Under the pieces are notes generated by a model. The model did no database searches, had not been told where the DNA came from, and saw only the letters and a program-made list of their open reading frames with translations. DNA of 64,000 bases from the NCBI GenBank assembly GCA_937625935.1, contig OW569352.1, positions 496,001 to 560,000 of the forward strand, in the 5' to 3' direction. Made by a program: the position numbers and the translations under genes. The first letter of the stretch is position 1. Every line of letters begins with the position of its first letter. The DNA comes from Tetramitus jugosus. Taxonomy: Eukaryota > Protista > Heterolobosea. This document shows positions 41,496 through 52,281 of this stretch, one piece after another.

Positions 41496-44348
41496 TTATT
41501 TCATGTATGTCTTGGTGACTCTTGATGCAATAGAGGAGACATGGGATTCACTTGGGGCACCAAAGCTGCTGGAACCAAATGAAAAACCAGCCGCAGTGGA
41601 AGACGGCTGCACAGTGGTGGTTCCTGATCCAAATAAACTCCTTGCTTCAGTTGTCAACTTAGAGTGTGAAGCCAGGGATTGAGTGCTCGAATTGAAGCAA
41701 TTGACCACGTGCAAAGTATTGACCTGCACCTTCTTTTCCTTAAAATGACTCTGGATCTTGGTGTTTAGATCTTCTTGTGACATCTCCTTCACTGAATCTC
41801 CCAACTCTTTTAGATAGTCAGACACAACTTCTTCAATCTCAAAATCTTCGTTGGTGCCATTAATAATAATGTCTGGAATCTTCTCGGCATTTTGAAGCAG
41901 GATGCACCTTCCAGTGGTCTTGCGAGCAACAGTGTCCATGAAGAGAGACAAGTTACCGTTATCGCGAGCCCTTCCACAAATACAAGCATAACAAACAACA
42001 TCCATTTGATTCAACTTGTCGGCACACTCCAACCAATCGTGTTCTTCACCATTTGGCATTGAATCACCTGGTTCTCCCATTCCATGCGGTGGAGCATCTG
42101 CAATAATGATACAATACTTCTTAGCATTAGATCTAAACTCAGCTTGAGTGGCATGATGGAGCGCCAAGGCAACAGCTTCTGGGTGATCGCCGCCACCACT
42201 TGCTCCCATTGTATCGACGTAAGCTTTGGCCGCAGTTAGGCTTTCAGTAAATTCATGACACTTGATAATGTTTGGTCCATCACAGTAGTCCTTGTAGGCA
42301 ATCAAACTAAAGCGAATCGTTCCATTACATCTTCTCTTGAGTTCGGACATGATATTCTTGATTGTAGCCTGAGCGACTGAAATTTCCCCAGCCATACTGC
42401 CTGTAGTGTCACACACAATCAACACATCCATATCGATCCTCTTTTGACAGTCTCTTGGCTTGAAGTTCATGGATTCAGAAAACTTGCTGGAAATGAGATT
42501 CTTCATCTCATCTCCCAAATTGTTATCATCAATTGCTCTATACTCTAAGCAGGCATAATACTCTGATTCTGTTAGCCAGGAGAGTGGTTTTACATGTTGG
42601 ACCAGATCCTTTTGAGCAATGTAGGGAAATCGTACACATTCCTTAACCTTTTGTTCATCAACCATGACATGCAACTGCTTGCCCTCGAGCCAATCTTTTA
42701 CGCAATTCCAAACAGAGCTCTCATTGTCGACTCTCAATTGATCACTACCGATAAACTTCAACAGAAACTCTTGGGAGACTGATCTCCATTCAGGCACTTT
42801 TAAAATACACTTCTGTTCATCTAACTCATTCAACATCCACAGTAATTCTTCTTGCTCATTCTTGACTGCAGAGGATACAATCTCCTCGAATTCATCGCTC
42901 TTTACAGTCGCTAATTTTTCTTTGATTTGAGGTCGAATGTTGTTCACAACAGTTGATACTCCAAACTTGGATGCAATCACATAATAGTTGATAATATTAG
43001 CCATTGTAACCGATGAGGTGTTATTAAATTTCACCTCTTGTCCATGCATATTCTCAATGAGTTCTTTGAAAAGACGCTCTGGTTGAAGGACTCCTTCAAG
43101 TTCTCCCTTGTATAGGTACAGCGATTTCAGATCGATGTCCAAAACAATTCTGCCCTCGATGATAGTCTCTACCTTTTGCTTATCAATCATTTCACCAATG
43201 ATTGGACTCATTAGACGCATCAACGCCGAATGAACAAGAAATTGTTGCTCTGATCCATACTTTAGGCACAAATCAGCCTTGTCGTTGTTCAAGAATGCCT
43301 GCAAAGAAACAGGTGCGAATACTGAAGTTGAATTAGAAGGTCTTTCTGGTTGAGATGCTCCAAAAGGTTCTGCTGGTGTTGTGCTTCCAAATCCAAATCC
43401 AAAGGATGTGGTAGTAGTGCCCGTTCCTGAGCTTGTAGCTCCGAAACCTCCAAAGCCAGTTGTGGTTGAGCTTGGAGCCGTTCCAAATCCTGTAGTACCA
43501 ACGCTTGTTCCGAAGCTTAGAGATCCAAATCCTGTTGATCTTGGAGCTCCGAAGCCTGAGCTTCCACTGTTTGTTCCAAAACTTGGAGTATTATTGTTTG
43601 TTGCTGAGCTTGACGAGCCAAAACCTGTGTTTGAACTTGTCGCTCCAAAACCTGTTCTCTTGGCTTCTTCAATATACTTGACTAGTTTTGAAACGGTTCG
43701 ATTTTCCCTCAGCAAAAATGGCCTCAAGTCCACTCCCAATTCTGTACCCAATCTTGAAAGCATGCTAATAGAGGACATTGATGTTCCTCCAGCTTCGAAA
43801 AAGTCAGTTTCTGAGGTGATATTCTCGCTACCCAGTGTCTGTTGCCAATGTGAAATGACCTTGCGTTGTAAATCATTGTGAGTTTCATCTTCACTTGACG
43901 AGGCAAAACCTGAGCTTCCAAAACGAGGTGCTACGAATAGGTCTGATGAACCTCCAAATGAAGGCACTCCGAATGTTGAAGAGCTTGATGTCGCTCCAAA
44001 AGTCGTATTGGTTCCATCCGTGTCTCCAGTATGTGCCAATCCAAAGAGTCCACCACCTGTGTTATTGATTGCTTCAGTGGGTTGAGTAGCAGCTGCTAGT
44101 GAGAATGATGGTTCTGGCTCACTTGCACCAAATGAAAAAGTTGTAGTTGAGCCAGTTTCTGTTGTTGTTGTTGGTGATGGACCAAATGAGAATCCAGATA
44201 GTGTTGTTGGTTCTGTTGTTGAACTTGGAAGAGCTGAACCAAATGAGAATCCACCAGTCGGTGCACTTTCTGTTTCTTCTGTGCTGAACGAGAATGACGA
44301 TCGTCTGTCTGAAGTGAAGGGTTTGGTTTCCTCGGAACTGGAAGGCAT
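41496..44348 (-). CDS. Multidomain protein: FG/FSFG repeats + phosphopantetheine carrier (PCP/ACP) + BTB/BACK + vWA
   Basis: FSFG/GFG repeats; W..TLG..I....DFFEAGGTSM; ADLCL..FLVHSALMRLMSP (BTB); SDQLRVDNESSVWNCVKDW..CVRFPYI (BACK); DVLIVCDTTGSM, GGGDHPEAV, IADAPPHG (vWA). Confidence 0.8.
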   Translation of the reverse strand: MPSSSEETKPFTSDRRSSFSFSTEETESAPTGGFSFGSALPSSTTEPTTLSGFSFGPSPTTTTETGSTTTFSFGASEPEPSFSLAAATQPTEAINNTGGGLFGLAHTGDTDGTNTTFGATSSSSTFGVPSFGGSSDLFVAPRFGSSGFASSSEDETHNDLQRKVISHWQQTLGSENITSETDFFEAGGTSMSSISMLSRLGTELGVDLRPFLLRENRTVSKLVKYIEEAKRTGFGATSSNTGFGSSSSATNNNTPSFGTNSGSSGFGAPRSTGFGSLSFGTSVGTTGFGTAPSSTTTGFGGFGATSSGTGTTTTSFGFGFGSTTPAEPFGASQPERPSNSTSVFAPVSLQAFLNNDKADLCLKYGSEQQFLVHSALMRLMSPIIGEMIDKQKVETIIEGRIVLDIDLKSLYLYKGELEGVLQPERLFKELIENMHGQEVKFNNTSSVTMANIINYYVIASKFGVSTVVNNIRPQIKEKLATVKSDEFEEIVSSAVKNEQEELLWMLNELDEQKCILKVPEWRSVSQEFLLKFIGSDQLRVDNESSVWNCVKDWLEGKQLHVMVDEQKVKECVRFPYIAQKDLVQHVKPLSWLTESEYYACLEYRAIDDNNLGDEMKNLISSKFSESMNFKPRDCQKRIDMDVLIVCDTTGSMAGEISVAQATIKNIMSELKRRCNGTIRFSLIAYKDYCDGPNIIKCHEFTESLTAAKAYVDTMGASGGGDHPEAVALALHHATQAEFRSNAKKYCIIIADAPPHGMGEPGDSMPNGEEHDWLECADKLNQMDVVCYACICGRARDNGNLSLFMDTVARKTTGRCILLQNAEKIPDIIINGTNEDFEIEEVVSDYLKELGDSVKEMSQEDLNTKIQSHFKEKKVQVNTLHVVNCFNSSTQSLASHSKLTTEARSLFGSGTTTVQPSSTAAGFSFGSSSFGAPSESHVSSIASRVTKTYMK

Positions 44349-44555
44349 GATTGTACAGTAGTGTGATGTGTTTTTTTCTGTGTGTTTATGAAATCAGATC
44401 AGACCATCTTGTTTCCCATATTTATAGTAGGAGCGTGACAGTCAAGGAGTTCAAGAAATCCACAAGTTCAAGTCAACAACACACAAAAGTTCTTGAATTG
44501 AAAAACATCCCGCTCGAAATCTTCGATAACTCCTACTCGACACACAAACACAAAA

Positions 44556-46127
44556 ATGACCAATAGCAATCGAAGAAGAACAACGATATCACTGTCCTCT
44601 CTTGTTGTCATCGTCACCTTCACATTGCTACTCTATTTTGTCTCCTCCAGTCCATACCAAGAACAACAAGCTTTTTTACAACAACAACAACAGGTAAAGC
44701 ATGAAAAACAACAACAACCACAACGAACAAAGCTGCAGACCAAGCATTCTTTTCGACGATTAATTGATCTGAGAGACCCCAGTAGTCCTACTCTATTCAA
44801 ACCATCTACTGCAACTACTCGACCACTTGACACCGTAACAACAACAAAAGCATTAGAGAGAACAGGACAAGAAAAAGCTTCAGCAGATAATGGTGATGAC
44901 CCACTCCCCTTTTATTTTCTGTCGGCTAGTAAGCGCCAAAAACTACTGAACCAAACTCTTTATTTTTATTTTCCGCTTCAAACTCCGCACGAAACCATTT
45001 TACAGCTCACACTGTACGACAGGAACAAGACGTATCCACATAATAACAATGGTAGTGGTAATGAAAGTGGTCAAGATGAACCAGAGTTTGATGATGGTGC
45101 CGTGGCCAATGCACTTCTCCTGTTTCAATATACGGATCAGGAACCAACGAGTATGGATGTGTTGGATTCACATGTGTCTGCAGCTCAATTGCACATTGGA
45201 GATCAAGCCCTCATGTTCTCTCCTAGCACTGCAAAAATAAGATATGTCTATTGTCGATTGTATGTACCACCACTGTTTCCACCACCAGTCAATGATTCAA
45301 TGATCAATGATATCTTTGATGATGGGGAAAGTGAACTAGTTGATGGTGGTGATGGTGGTAATGGTGGTGAGTCAGGTGGAGAAGAGCCAAAATTGATTGA
45401 TATTGATGAAAATTACTATTTGGCCAAGCGATCCATCTTTCACTATATTAATCGTGATGGACCAGTGAGTGTTTCTCTTCAGGCTCACGATGACTCTATT
45501 TACTTCAAGTGGACTGCCTTTTTTGCACCAAAGCATCAAGCAACAAAGTTTTTGTTTCAATTGAATAATGTGGCACCGTTACCGGCTCATTTCTTTGCTG
45601 CAATGGCAATAGAGTCCATGGTAACGACCGATAAGCAATACTTTGAATCGATTGTTGTGAGAACCAACAACTCCATATATGAACTCGCTGTTCCAATGCA
45701 GAAATCGATGCGATATCCAGCAATTCTATCTATTGCCATTGAGAACAAGAACAGAAAGGAACCATTGTCTTTTGTTGTTCATAGTCCAGTGGATAGCACG
45801 GTGGGTGGTATTTCTCTCAAGACAAGCATCACGATTGCCCTTAGTATTGTCACTGGTTGTGTTGTCATGTCATTTCTTGCTGCCGTTGGAATGTACGTTC
45901 AATCTGTCGTGCAAAACCGGAGGCGAGCTCGATCATACAGGCACATGAAAGATAATTACAATCTCTCAAAGTACAATGACACACTACTCATGGAACAGCT
46001 CAGAGGTATTAACACTGAATTGGAAACGATGGAACCAGAGAGGCGTAGAACAAAGAGCACCCGACATGCTGCAAATGTGGTTGTATCACCAAGCCTGGCA
46101 GACAAATTGGCAGGCGCAAGCAACTAA
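44556..46127 (+). CDS. Hypothetical single-pass membrane protein
   Basis: N-terminal hydrophobic signal; TM ITIALSIVTGCVVMSFLAAVGMYV followed by RRRAR. Confidence 0.65.
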   Translation: MTNSNRRRTTISLSSLVVIVTFTLLLYFVSSSPYQEQQAFLQQQQQVKHEKQQQPQRTKLQTKHSFRRLIDLRDPSSPTLFKPSTATTRPLDTVTTTKALERTGQEKASADNGDDPLPFYFLSASKRQKLLNQTLYFYFPLQTPHETILQLTLYDRNKTYPHNNNGSGNESGQDEPEFDDGAVANALLLFQYTDQEPTSMDVLDSHVSAAQLHIGDQALMFSPSTAKIRYVYCRLYVPPLFPPPVNDSMINDIFDDGESELVDGGDGGNGGESGGEEPKLIDIDENYYLAKRSIFHYINRDGPVSVSLQAHDDSIYFKWTAFFAPKHQATKFLFQLNNVAPLPAHFFAAMAIESMVTTDKQYFESIVVRTNNSIYELAVPMQKSMRYPAILSIAIENKNRKEPLSFVVHSPVDSTVGGISLKTSITIALSIVTGCVVMSFLAAVGMYVQSVVQNRRRARSYRHMKDNYNLSKYNDTLLMEQLRGINTELETMEPERRRTKSTRHAANVVVSPSLADKLAGASN

Positions 46128-46214
46128 ACCTAACACAAAATAAAACTCTGTCCTAACTTATTTCGAAATGTGAATCTGTGTTAATTTATTGCGAGATCAT
46201 TCTTGTCGCATAAT

Positions 46215-47801
46215 CTAAAAATCTGGTACGCCCTCTTCAATAACCTCTCTCATTCTCTCGATGAACAAGCCCATATTATCAATATCGGTCGCAGTCACGT
46301 ACTCAATGTGCAACTTGCGCGAACTGGTTTCATCTTTCCGGTACAGACTCGTAAATTGATCTTCGATGAAATTTTTGGCAGCATCCGTGTCGTAGCCACC
46401 TTCGAACTCTGGGAAACAGAGTTGCAAGCTCTGCATCATATCTCTCATCCGATACTCAAACGAGTCAACCTTGTTGAAAATGAGAAAGAATGGACAGTGC
46501 TTGAGCGCAGGATCATTCACCGCATTAGCAAACACGTCCAACGATTCCCTCATTCTGTTCACCGTATCATCCTCGTACAATTGTTGATAATAATCACTCA
46601 ATGCAACGACAAACAACACCATATTCACATCATGATACGCAAAAGACCACTTTTTTCGCTCATTTCGCTGTCCACCAACATCCACCAAATGAAGTCTCAC
46701 ATCCCTAAATGACACATATGTCTGAACAATACCCGTCGTCTTCCTGCACGTTGCCAACACTTGTCTCACAGTCGGAGTATCAAACGGCGGCGATAAATCT
46801 CCCAAATTGTCCAAGAAATACAGTACAGAATCGCAAACGTCAAAATCGCTCATGCGCTCTCGCATCGTTCTCTGAACACTCTTATCGCTCCACAACTCAC
46901 AAATATTATCGTACAAGTATTCGTCATAATCACTCACAGCATTCACAACGAGATAGCTCTGACGCTCCGACAGTGAAACAATGGAATCAGCAATGTCTGC
47001 AGCGTCTTCACTCTCATATGTAATGCCTTCTTCATTCATGTGCTCACATGCTTTGCCTAATGCGTTCACCATGTTACAAATAATGAACACCTTGTGTTGT
47101 TTGAGCTCTTCATCGTCCAGTCCTCCCCTGGGGTCCAACTTTAGTCTCAATTGCTTACAAATGGTTGTTTTTCCTGTTTCTCCTGTTCCTAGCAACAAGA
47201 GCTTGAACACTGGAATGCTGCTGTCCATGTGGGGTGAGGAGCCAGAGTTGGGTGAAGAGGGTGGAGATGAAGACAGCAATGAATTGTTGCGAATTCGGTT
47301 GAGAATCGCTTTGGCGCCCACTCCCTTTTTTTTGTTGTTGGAATTTTTGTATGGTTTGTTGGGTGAAAAAGCAGCGTTGGGTGAGAGTGTATTGTTGGGT
47401 GAGGAAGAAGGCGATCGATCATTTGCGCTATTCTCCTCTCCCGTAGTTGACTGTTGTTGTTGTTGTTGGTTGGTGCTATTGTTGTTGCTCGTGTCTTCGA
47501 GAACAATGTCAAATATGGCATCTGATGGTTCACCTCTGTTGTTGGTTGGGATGGCGATTGGGTTTTCTTTGCGAACCGTTCGATCCAATAGTGTCGATCG
47601 TCTCTTTTCTCTCATTGCTTCAGCATCAGGACCATTCAAGCGCTGTTGTCTTTCTGCCAATTGCAAAAATTCATTTTCGTCGTCATCAACATTATTCCGA
47701 CTAGGGTCGTTATTGCTGCTTCTTTTGCTGCTACCACTGTTTCGCTTGCGGTGGACATTTTCGTCATGGTGCTCCATGCGACACGAAATGACCTGCCCCA
47801 T
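46215..47801 (-). CDS. Heterotrimeric G-protein alpha subunit, divergent, with long N-terminal extension
   Basis: MGQVISC (myristoyl/palmitoyl-like), KLLLLGTGETGKTT, KTTGI, DVGGQRNERKKW, NRMRESL, FNKVD, TATD. Confidence 0.9.
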   Translation of the reverse strand: MGQVISCRMEHHDENVHRKRNSGSSKRSSNNDPSRNNVDDDENEFLQLAERQQRLNGPDAEAMREKRRSTLLDRTVRKENPIAIPTNNRGEPSDAIFDIVLEDTSNNNSTNQQQQQQSTTGEENSANDRSPSSSPNNTLSPNAAFSPNKPYKNSNNKKKGVGAKAILNRIRNNSLLSSSPPSSPNSGSSPHMDSSIPVFKLLLLGTGETGKTTICKQLRLKLDPRGGLDDEELKQHKVFIICNMVNALGKACEHMNEEGITYESEDAADIADSIVSLSERQSYLVVNAVSDYDEYLYDNICELWSDKSVQRTMRERMSDFDVCDSVLYFLDNLGDLSPPFDTPTVRQVLATCRKTTGIVQTYVSFRDVRLHLVDVGGQRNERKKWSFAYHDVNMVLFVVALSDYYQQLYEDDTVNRMRESLDVFANAVNDPALKHCPFFLIFNKVDSFEYRMRDMMQSLQLCFPEFEGGYDTDAAKNFIEDQFTSLYRKDETSSRKLHIEYVTATDIDNMGLFIERMREVIEEGVPDF

Positions 47802-48419
47802 TGGTTATAATGTGAGATTGTGTGGGTGTGTTGAAAAGAGAGTTCTTTGTTGGTTTTGTTGTTTTGGTGTGTGGGTGACGTGATGGAGGTTTCGTTTTGT
47901 CACTCAAGTGGCTACCTGAGTTCGATAGTTTTGGGAAATGGGAACCTTCCTTTCCGTCACCTCTGCTTGGAAGATTGCGCACATCCCTCGAGTTCTGGAT
48001 TGACATGTGACAGCACTCTTACAAAACTGTACAACCTTTGTGTTGATCTTGTGCATGTCACGATGAGAATCCTTGGGCAGTACGTAAGGCATGTTTGTTA
48101 GCTAACTCTCAGATGTCATTTATGGCTGTTTGGTTGGTGATGATGTGGCGTGCTCACTAGCACATTTGTTTCAAACATACAAGTTCCAACCAAACTGAAT
48201 GGTATGGTTGGACACACAATTGCACGATGAGTCAATCGTAGTGACTTCATGAGCATTTACTCATTGTGGATGTGGCGTTGAACACCTTCAGATGGATCAA
48301 AGTTTGAACGCATGTCGGACTTTTTTGTCTCCGACAGTCAACTATGTAACAAAATTGTAAAGCCGCGAAAACAAACAAAAACAACAGCACATTATCAAAC
48401 ACAACCTGATCATTCAAAA

Positions 48420-50191
48420 ATGAGACTCGTCATCAAAAACACCAAGCAAGCTCAAGGTATGTTGATGTCTTTCTTTTTTCCAAGGAAAATCCACAAATGC
48501 TAAATGAATCCTTCATTCAATGTTTGCCCTTATTTTTTCATCAAATCCGCATATCCGGTCATTTCATTGGATCTAAAATCATATTGCTGACCGTTTGGAA
48601 AACCGCCCTAATATGTTATGTGCACCAATCTACAATGATAACCCTAAATGTTAAAACTCATCAACTATTATCGTCGTTCATGAAATGATCGTCCAATTGC
48701 ATTGACTTGGCAAAATAATCGATTTGAAACATACTTCTATCTTCTTCTTCTCTCATCAAAGCTTTTGTGAGATGCTTTGCAACCAAGAAGAACAATGCTC
48801 CTGCAGCTGTCAATGCATTGCAAGCAAAGGGTGAAGCTATTGATAACAAGTACAGCAAAGTCGATACTCCATTGAAGAGAATCTTGTTGGGCAAGCACAC
48901 CCCAGAAGATTTGAAGAGCATCAACTTCCAAGACCCAAAGGTTCTTGCTTCCTGGTTGGACAAGGCTGCTCAAGAGGTAGGTGTTTTTTTTTCACAGTGC
49001 CCGCCGCACAACATTATTTTTTCGCAACAAAAATTATGTGAATTTTTCTTACTGACTCACTCATTTATTGCACATGTCTTGTGTTTAATAACGAACAAAA
49101 AATAATAGGGTCCACGTTTCCTCGCTCAATCTGACTTGTTGCCAAAGCTCTCTCCAGTTACTGTTACCGTTACTGGTGCTGCTGGTCAAATCGCTTACTC
49201 TTTGCTCTTCAGAATTGCTAGTGGTGAGATGTTGGGATTGGATCAACCAGTGAACTTGAGACTTTTGGAGAGACCAGAAGCCATGCAATCACTTGAAGGT
49301 GTTGTCATGGAATTGAAGGACGGTGCCTTCCCATTGTTAAACAACATTGTAGCAACATCAGATGAGGCTGAAGCTTTCAAGAAGACTGACTATGCTCTCC
49401 TCGTTGGTGCCAAGCCAAGAAGCAAGGGTATGGAAAGAGCTGATGTGCTCAAGGACAATGCTGCTATCTTCAAGGCTCAAGGAAAGGCTTTGAACGACAA
49501 TGCCAACACTGATGTTTTGGCCCTTGTTGTCGGTAACCCTGCAAACACAAATGCTATGATCGCATCCGCTAATGCACCAGATCTTAACCCACTACAAATT
49601 ACTGCCATGACTCGTTTGGATCACGATAGAGCCTTGGCACAACTCTCTCAAAAGTTGAAGGTTCCAGTCAGCGGTATTGAAAGAGTCGGTATCTGGGGTA
49701 ACCACAGCGCAACTCAATTCCCAGACTTGAACCATGCTCTTGTCGACGGAAAGTGGATCAGAGGTGATTTGGACAACAACTGGGTAAACAATGAATTCAT
49801 CCCTACTGTACAGCAAAGAGGTGCCGCTATCATCAACGCCAGAGGAAAGTCCAGCGCTGCTTCTGCTGCTGATGCCGCAATCAAGCACATGAGAGACTGG
49901 GTGCACGGTAATGACCAATGGGTGTCTATGGGTATTGTCTCCCAAGGACAATACGGTGTCCCACTCGGTATCTGGTCATCCTTCCCAGTTATTTGCACTG
50001 GTGCTGGTGAGTATGGTGTTGTTGACGGATTGCCAATTACTGAAGATGCTGCTGAGAAAATTGACTTGAGCATCAATGAATTGTTGTCAGAGAAGGAAGT
50101 TGTTGAGCACTTGTTGCCAAACCCAACTTTCAGAGGTGTCGAAATTGAGAAGAGCAAGATCTTCAACTGGGAATTTGCTAAGACCAAGTAA
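48420..50191 (+). CDS. Malate dehydrogenase (cytosolic/MDH1-like family) with N-terminal presequence-like extension, 3 exons
   Basis: Exons 48420..48456, 48762..48976, 49109..50191 joined in frame by GT-AG introns; [42 protein letters not shown]. Confidence 0.9.
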
Positions 50192-50441
50192 ATGGTAGCG
50201 GATATTTTTGTATTCACAGCCGGGATAGATAGATTTTTCAAAGTTCACTAACCATTGTGTATGTGTTGCACCAACCCACCCACCCTTAATAGTTTTAAGA
50301 TTAATAAATGTATGGGGATGGCAAGAATCTATTGGAGGGAATTGCTTACAACTAAAACGACTGCCACCTGTATATCTGTAAAAGAGAAATAAAAAACAAC
50401 TGAGAAATACCATGACAAGAGAAGTTTACAGCTATCATCTA

Positions 50442-52160
50442 TCATAGACCCATCTCGCTTGCTGAAGCGATGGGTCGCAGATAAATGTTTCTGTCAATTC
50501 TTATGATAGCTTCTGCTGCGTCCATCGATTTGTCCAGTATGTTCCGCATGACAGAGATTGGTTCCATCACCTTCAACTCTCGAGCTACATTGACACAGAG
50601 ACTTCCTTTGTTCAGGTCGAGTGCCATGAAGGGATAGGTCTCATCCTTGTATTTCCCATCCTTAATGAACTGAGAATGTTGAGAACGGAGCTCTGCGATC
50701 AAATGGGAGCTCTGAAGACCGGCATTGCGTGCCAGTGTGACCGGTATGACTTCCAAGGCCTGTGCATAGGCTTCCATGACCAATTGGATCACTCCTGATT
50801 GTTCCATCATAATAGATCTCAAGGACTGAGCAATATGAATGTACATACAGCCTCCACCACCAACATACTTCTTTGAACTGAGTGCTGCAATGAGTATACA
50901 CATCGCATCGTGCACACTTCTTTCGCACTCATCGAGCAAGGACATTGTCGGTGCTCGCAAGAGTATCGATGACCATGGCTTTCTATTGGATCGACCAGTA
51001 TCTTCATTGTGTTGTTGTTGTTGATGGCGAGTGCATCCAGAGATTTGGATGACCTTTTCATCAGAGAGAATCACTTGTTGCACACAATCCGCCAATCCAA
51101 CATGCAACATATCAATACCACTCATCGGTATTTGGCTTTGGATGGTTGCTCCTGTGACAGTTGCAATCATATGAGCTGTTCTGTAGTCTACATGCCCCGC
51201 ACACATGACACCTTTTCGAAACATGTAATTCTGTGCTAGTGGATGTATGGCATGTCCAGAGTTGAACACAACATTCACTCCAGAATCGATGATACGATCA
51301 CACACCGATATGAGAGACTCCTTCTCATAGACATTGATATCATTGGCCTCTTCATAGGACTTGACAGATATCTGAGCATTGTGAAACTTTGTTCTGGCAG
51401 AGGCGAGAGAATCCAACTTGCATACCATGATTTTAGCATTGGAAACAACTTGTGGACAACTAATGGGCAGCTTCTTACGTATGATACAGCCATCGAGCAA
51501 AATCGAGTGAGAAATGCTTGGTCCAATCACCTTGTGAACAAAGAGATCATTTGTTGACATGGTGAATGAATCTCGACTATTTTGTGAATGAAGATGGATC
51601 GCACAATTGACAACCATGGAGACAAAATGATCTGAATCCGTGTTAATCACCTTGGATCCAATGGTAGTTCTAGCAATGTGCATCAAATCTTCATAGCAAT
51701 CATTCTTCTCTCTGATCTCTGCGAGTTGCCTCGTATCTACACCTTTACTCTCATCCAACTTCATCAGAATCGGTATCGAATACTGTGATAACTGCTTCTG
51801 AGCAATGGACAAACATTTTCGATATCCTGCAATGACATGACTCGCATGAACACCTCTATTCTCAATCAATTCTAGTGCTTGACTCAACAGGGCACTACAA
51901 AACAAAAGAACACTTGTCGTACCGTCTCCCACTTGATCATCCTGAGATTGAGACACTTGAGTGAGCAACAGAGCAGCTGGATGTTGAATCGAAAGGTGTT
52001 TCACAAGCGTGGCACCATCGTTGCTCACCAAAATGTGATCTTGATCATCTGTAAGCAACTTGTCCATACCACATGGTCCCAACGTACTTGAAATGACACT
52101 GGCCAGTTGCATGCATGCAGAAATATTGGAAGAGAGATCGGAGCTATTGTTTTGGTTCAT
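50442..52160 (-). CDS. Group II chaperonin (CCT/TCP-1 family), divergent paralog
   Basis: STLGPCGMDKLL, SNDGATL, QDDQVGDGTTSV, ERSVHDAMC, GGGC, ALEVIP.TLA.NAG, IIRID; likely start MNQNN at 52160. Confidence 0.85.
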   Translation of the reverse strand: MNQNNSSDLSSNISACMQLASVISSTLGPCGMDKLLTDDQDHILVSNDGATLVKHLSIQHPAALLLTQVSQSQDDQVGDGTTSVLLFCSALLSQALELIENRGVHASHVIAGYRKCLSIAQKQLSQYSIPILMKLDESKGVDTRQLAEIREKNDCYEDLMHIARTTIGSKVINTDSDHFVSMVVNCAIHLHSQNSRDSFTMSTNDLFVHKVIGPSISHSILLDGCIIRKKLPISCPQVVSNAKIMVCKLDSLASARTKFHNAQISVKSYEEANDINVYEKESLISVCDRIIDSGVNVVFNSGHAIHPLAQNYMFRKGVMCAGHVDYRTAHMIATVTGATIQSQIPMSGIDMLHVGLADCVQQVILSDEKVIQISGCTRHQQQQHNEDTGRSNRKPWSSILLRAPTMSLLDECERSVHDAMCILIAALSSKKYVGGGGCMYIHIAQSLRSIMMEQSGVIQLVMEAYAQALEVIPVTLARNAGLQSSHLIAELRSQHSQFIKDGKYKDETYPFMALDLNKGSLCVNVARELKVMEPISVMRNILDKSMDAAEAIIRIDRNIYLRPIASASEMGL

Positions 52161-52281
52161 TTTTTTGATGGAAACTTTTCTTTTTTTCCGCATGAAGAAA
52201 ACGACAGCCAAATATCGACTTTCCAGAAAGGAAGTTAGTATGTAATTACATTTGCTGTTGTTTATTGAAAGGTTATCTTTC

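Noticed and set aside
43380-44340. Nucleoporin call for the FG-rich gene
   Set aside because: The rest of the protein (carrier domain, BTB/BACK, vWA) matches no nucleoporin I recognise.
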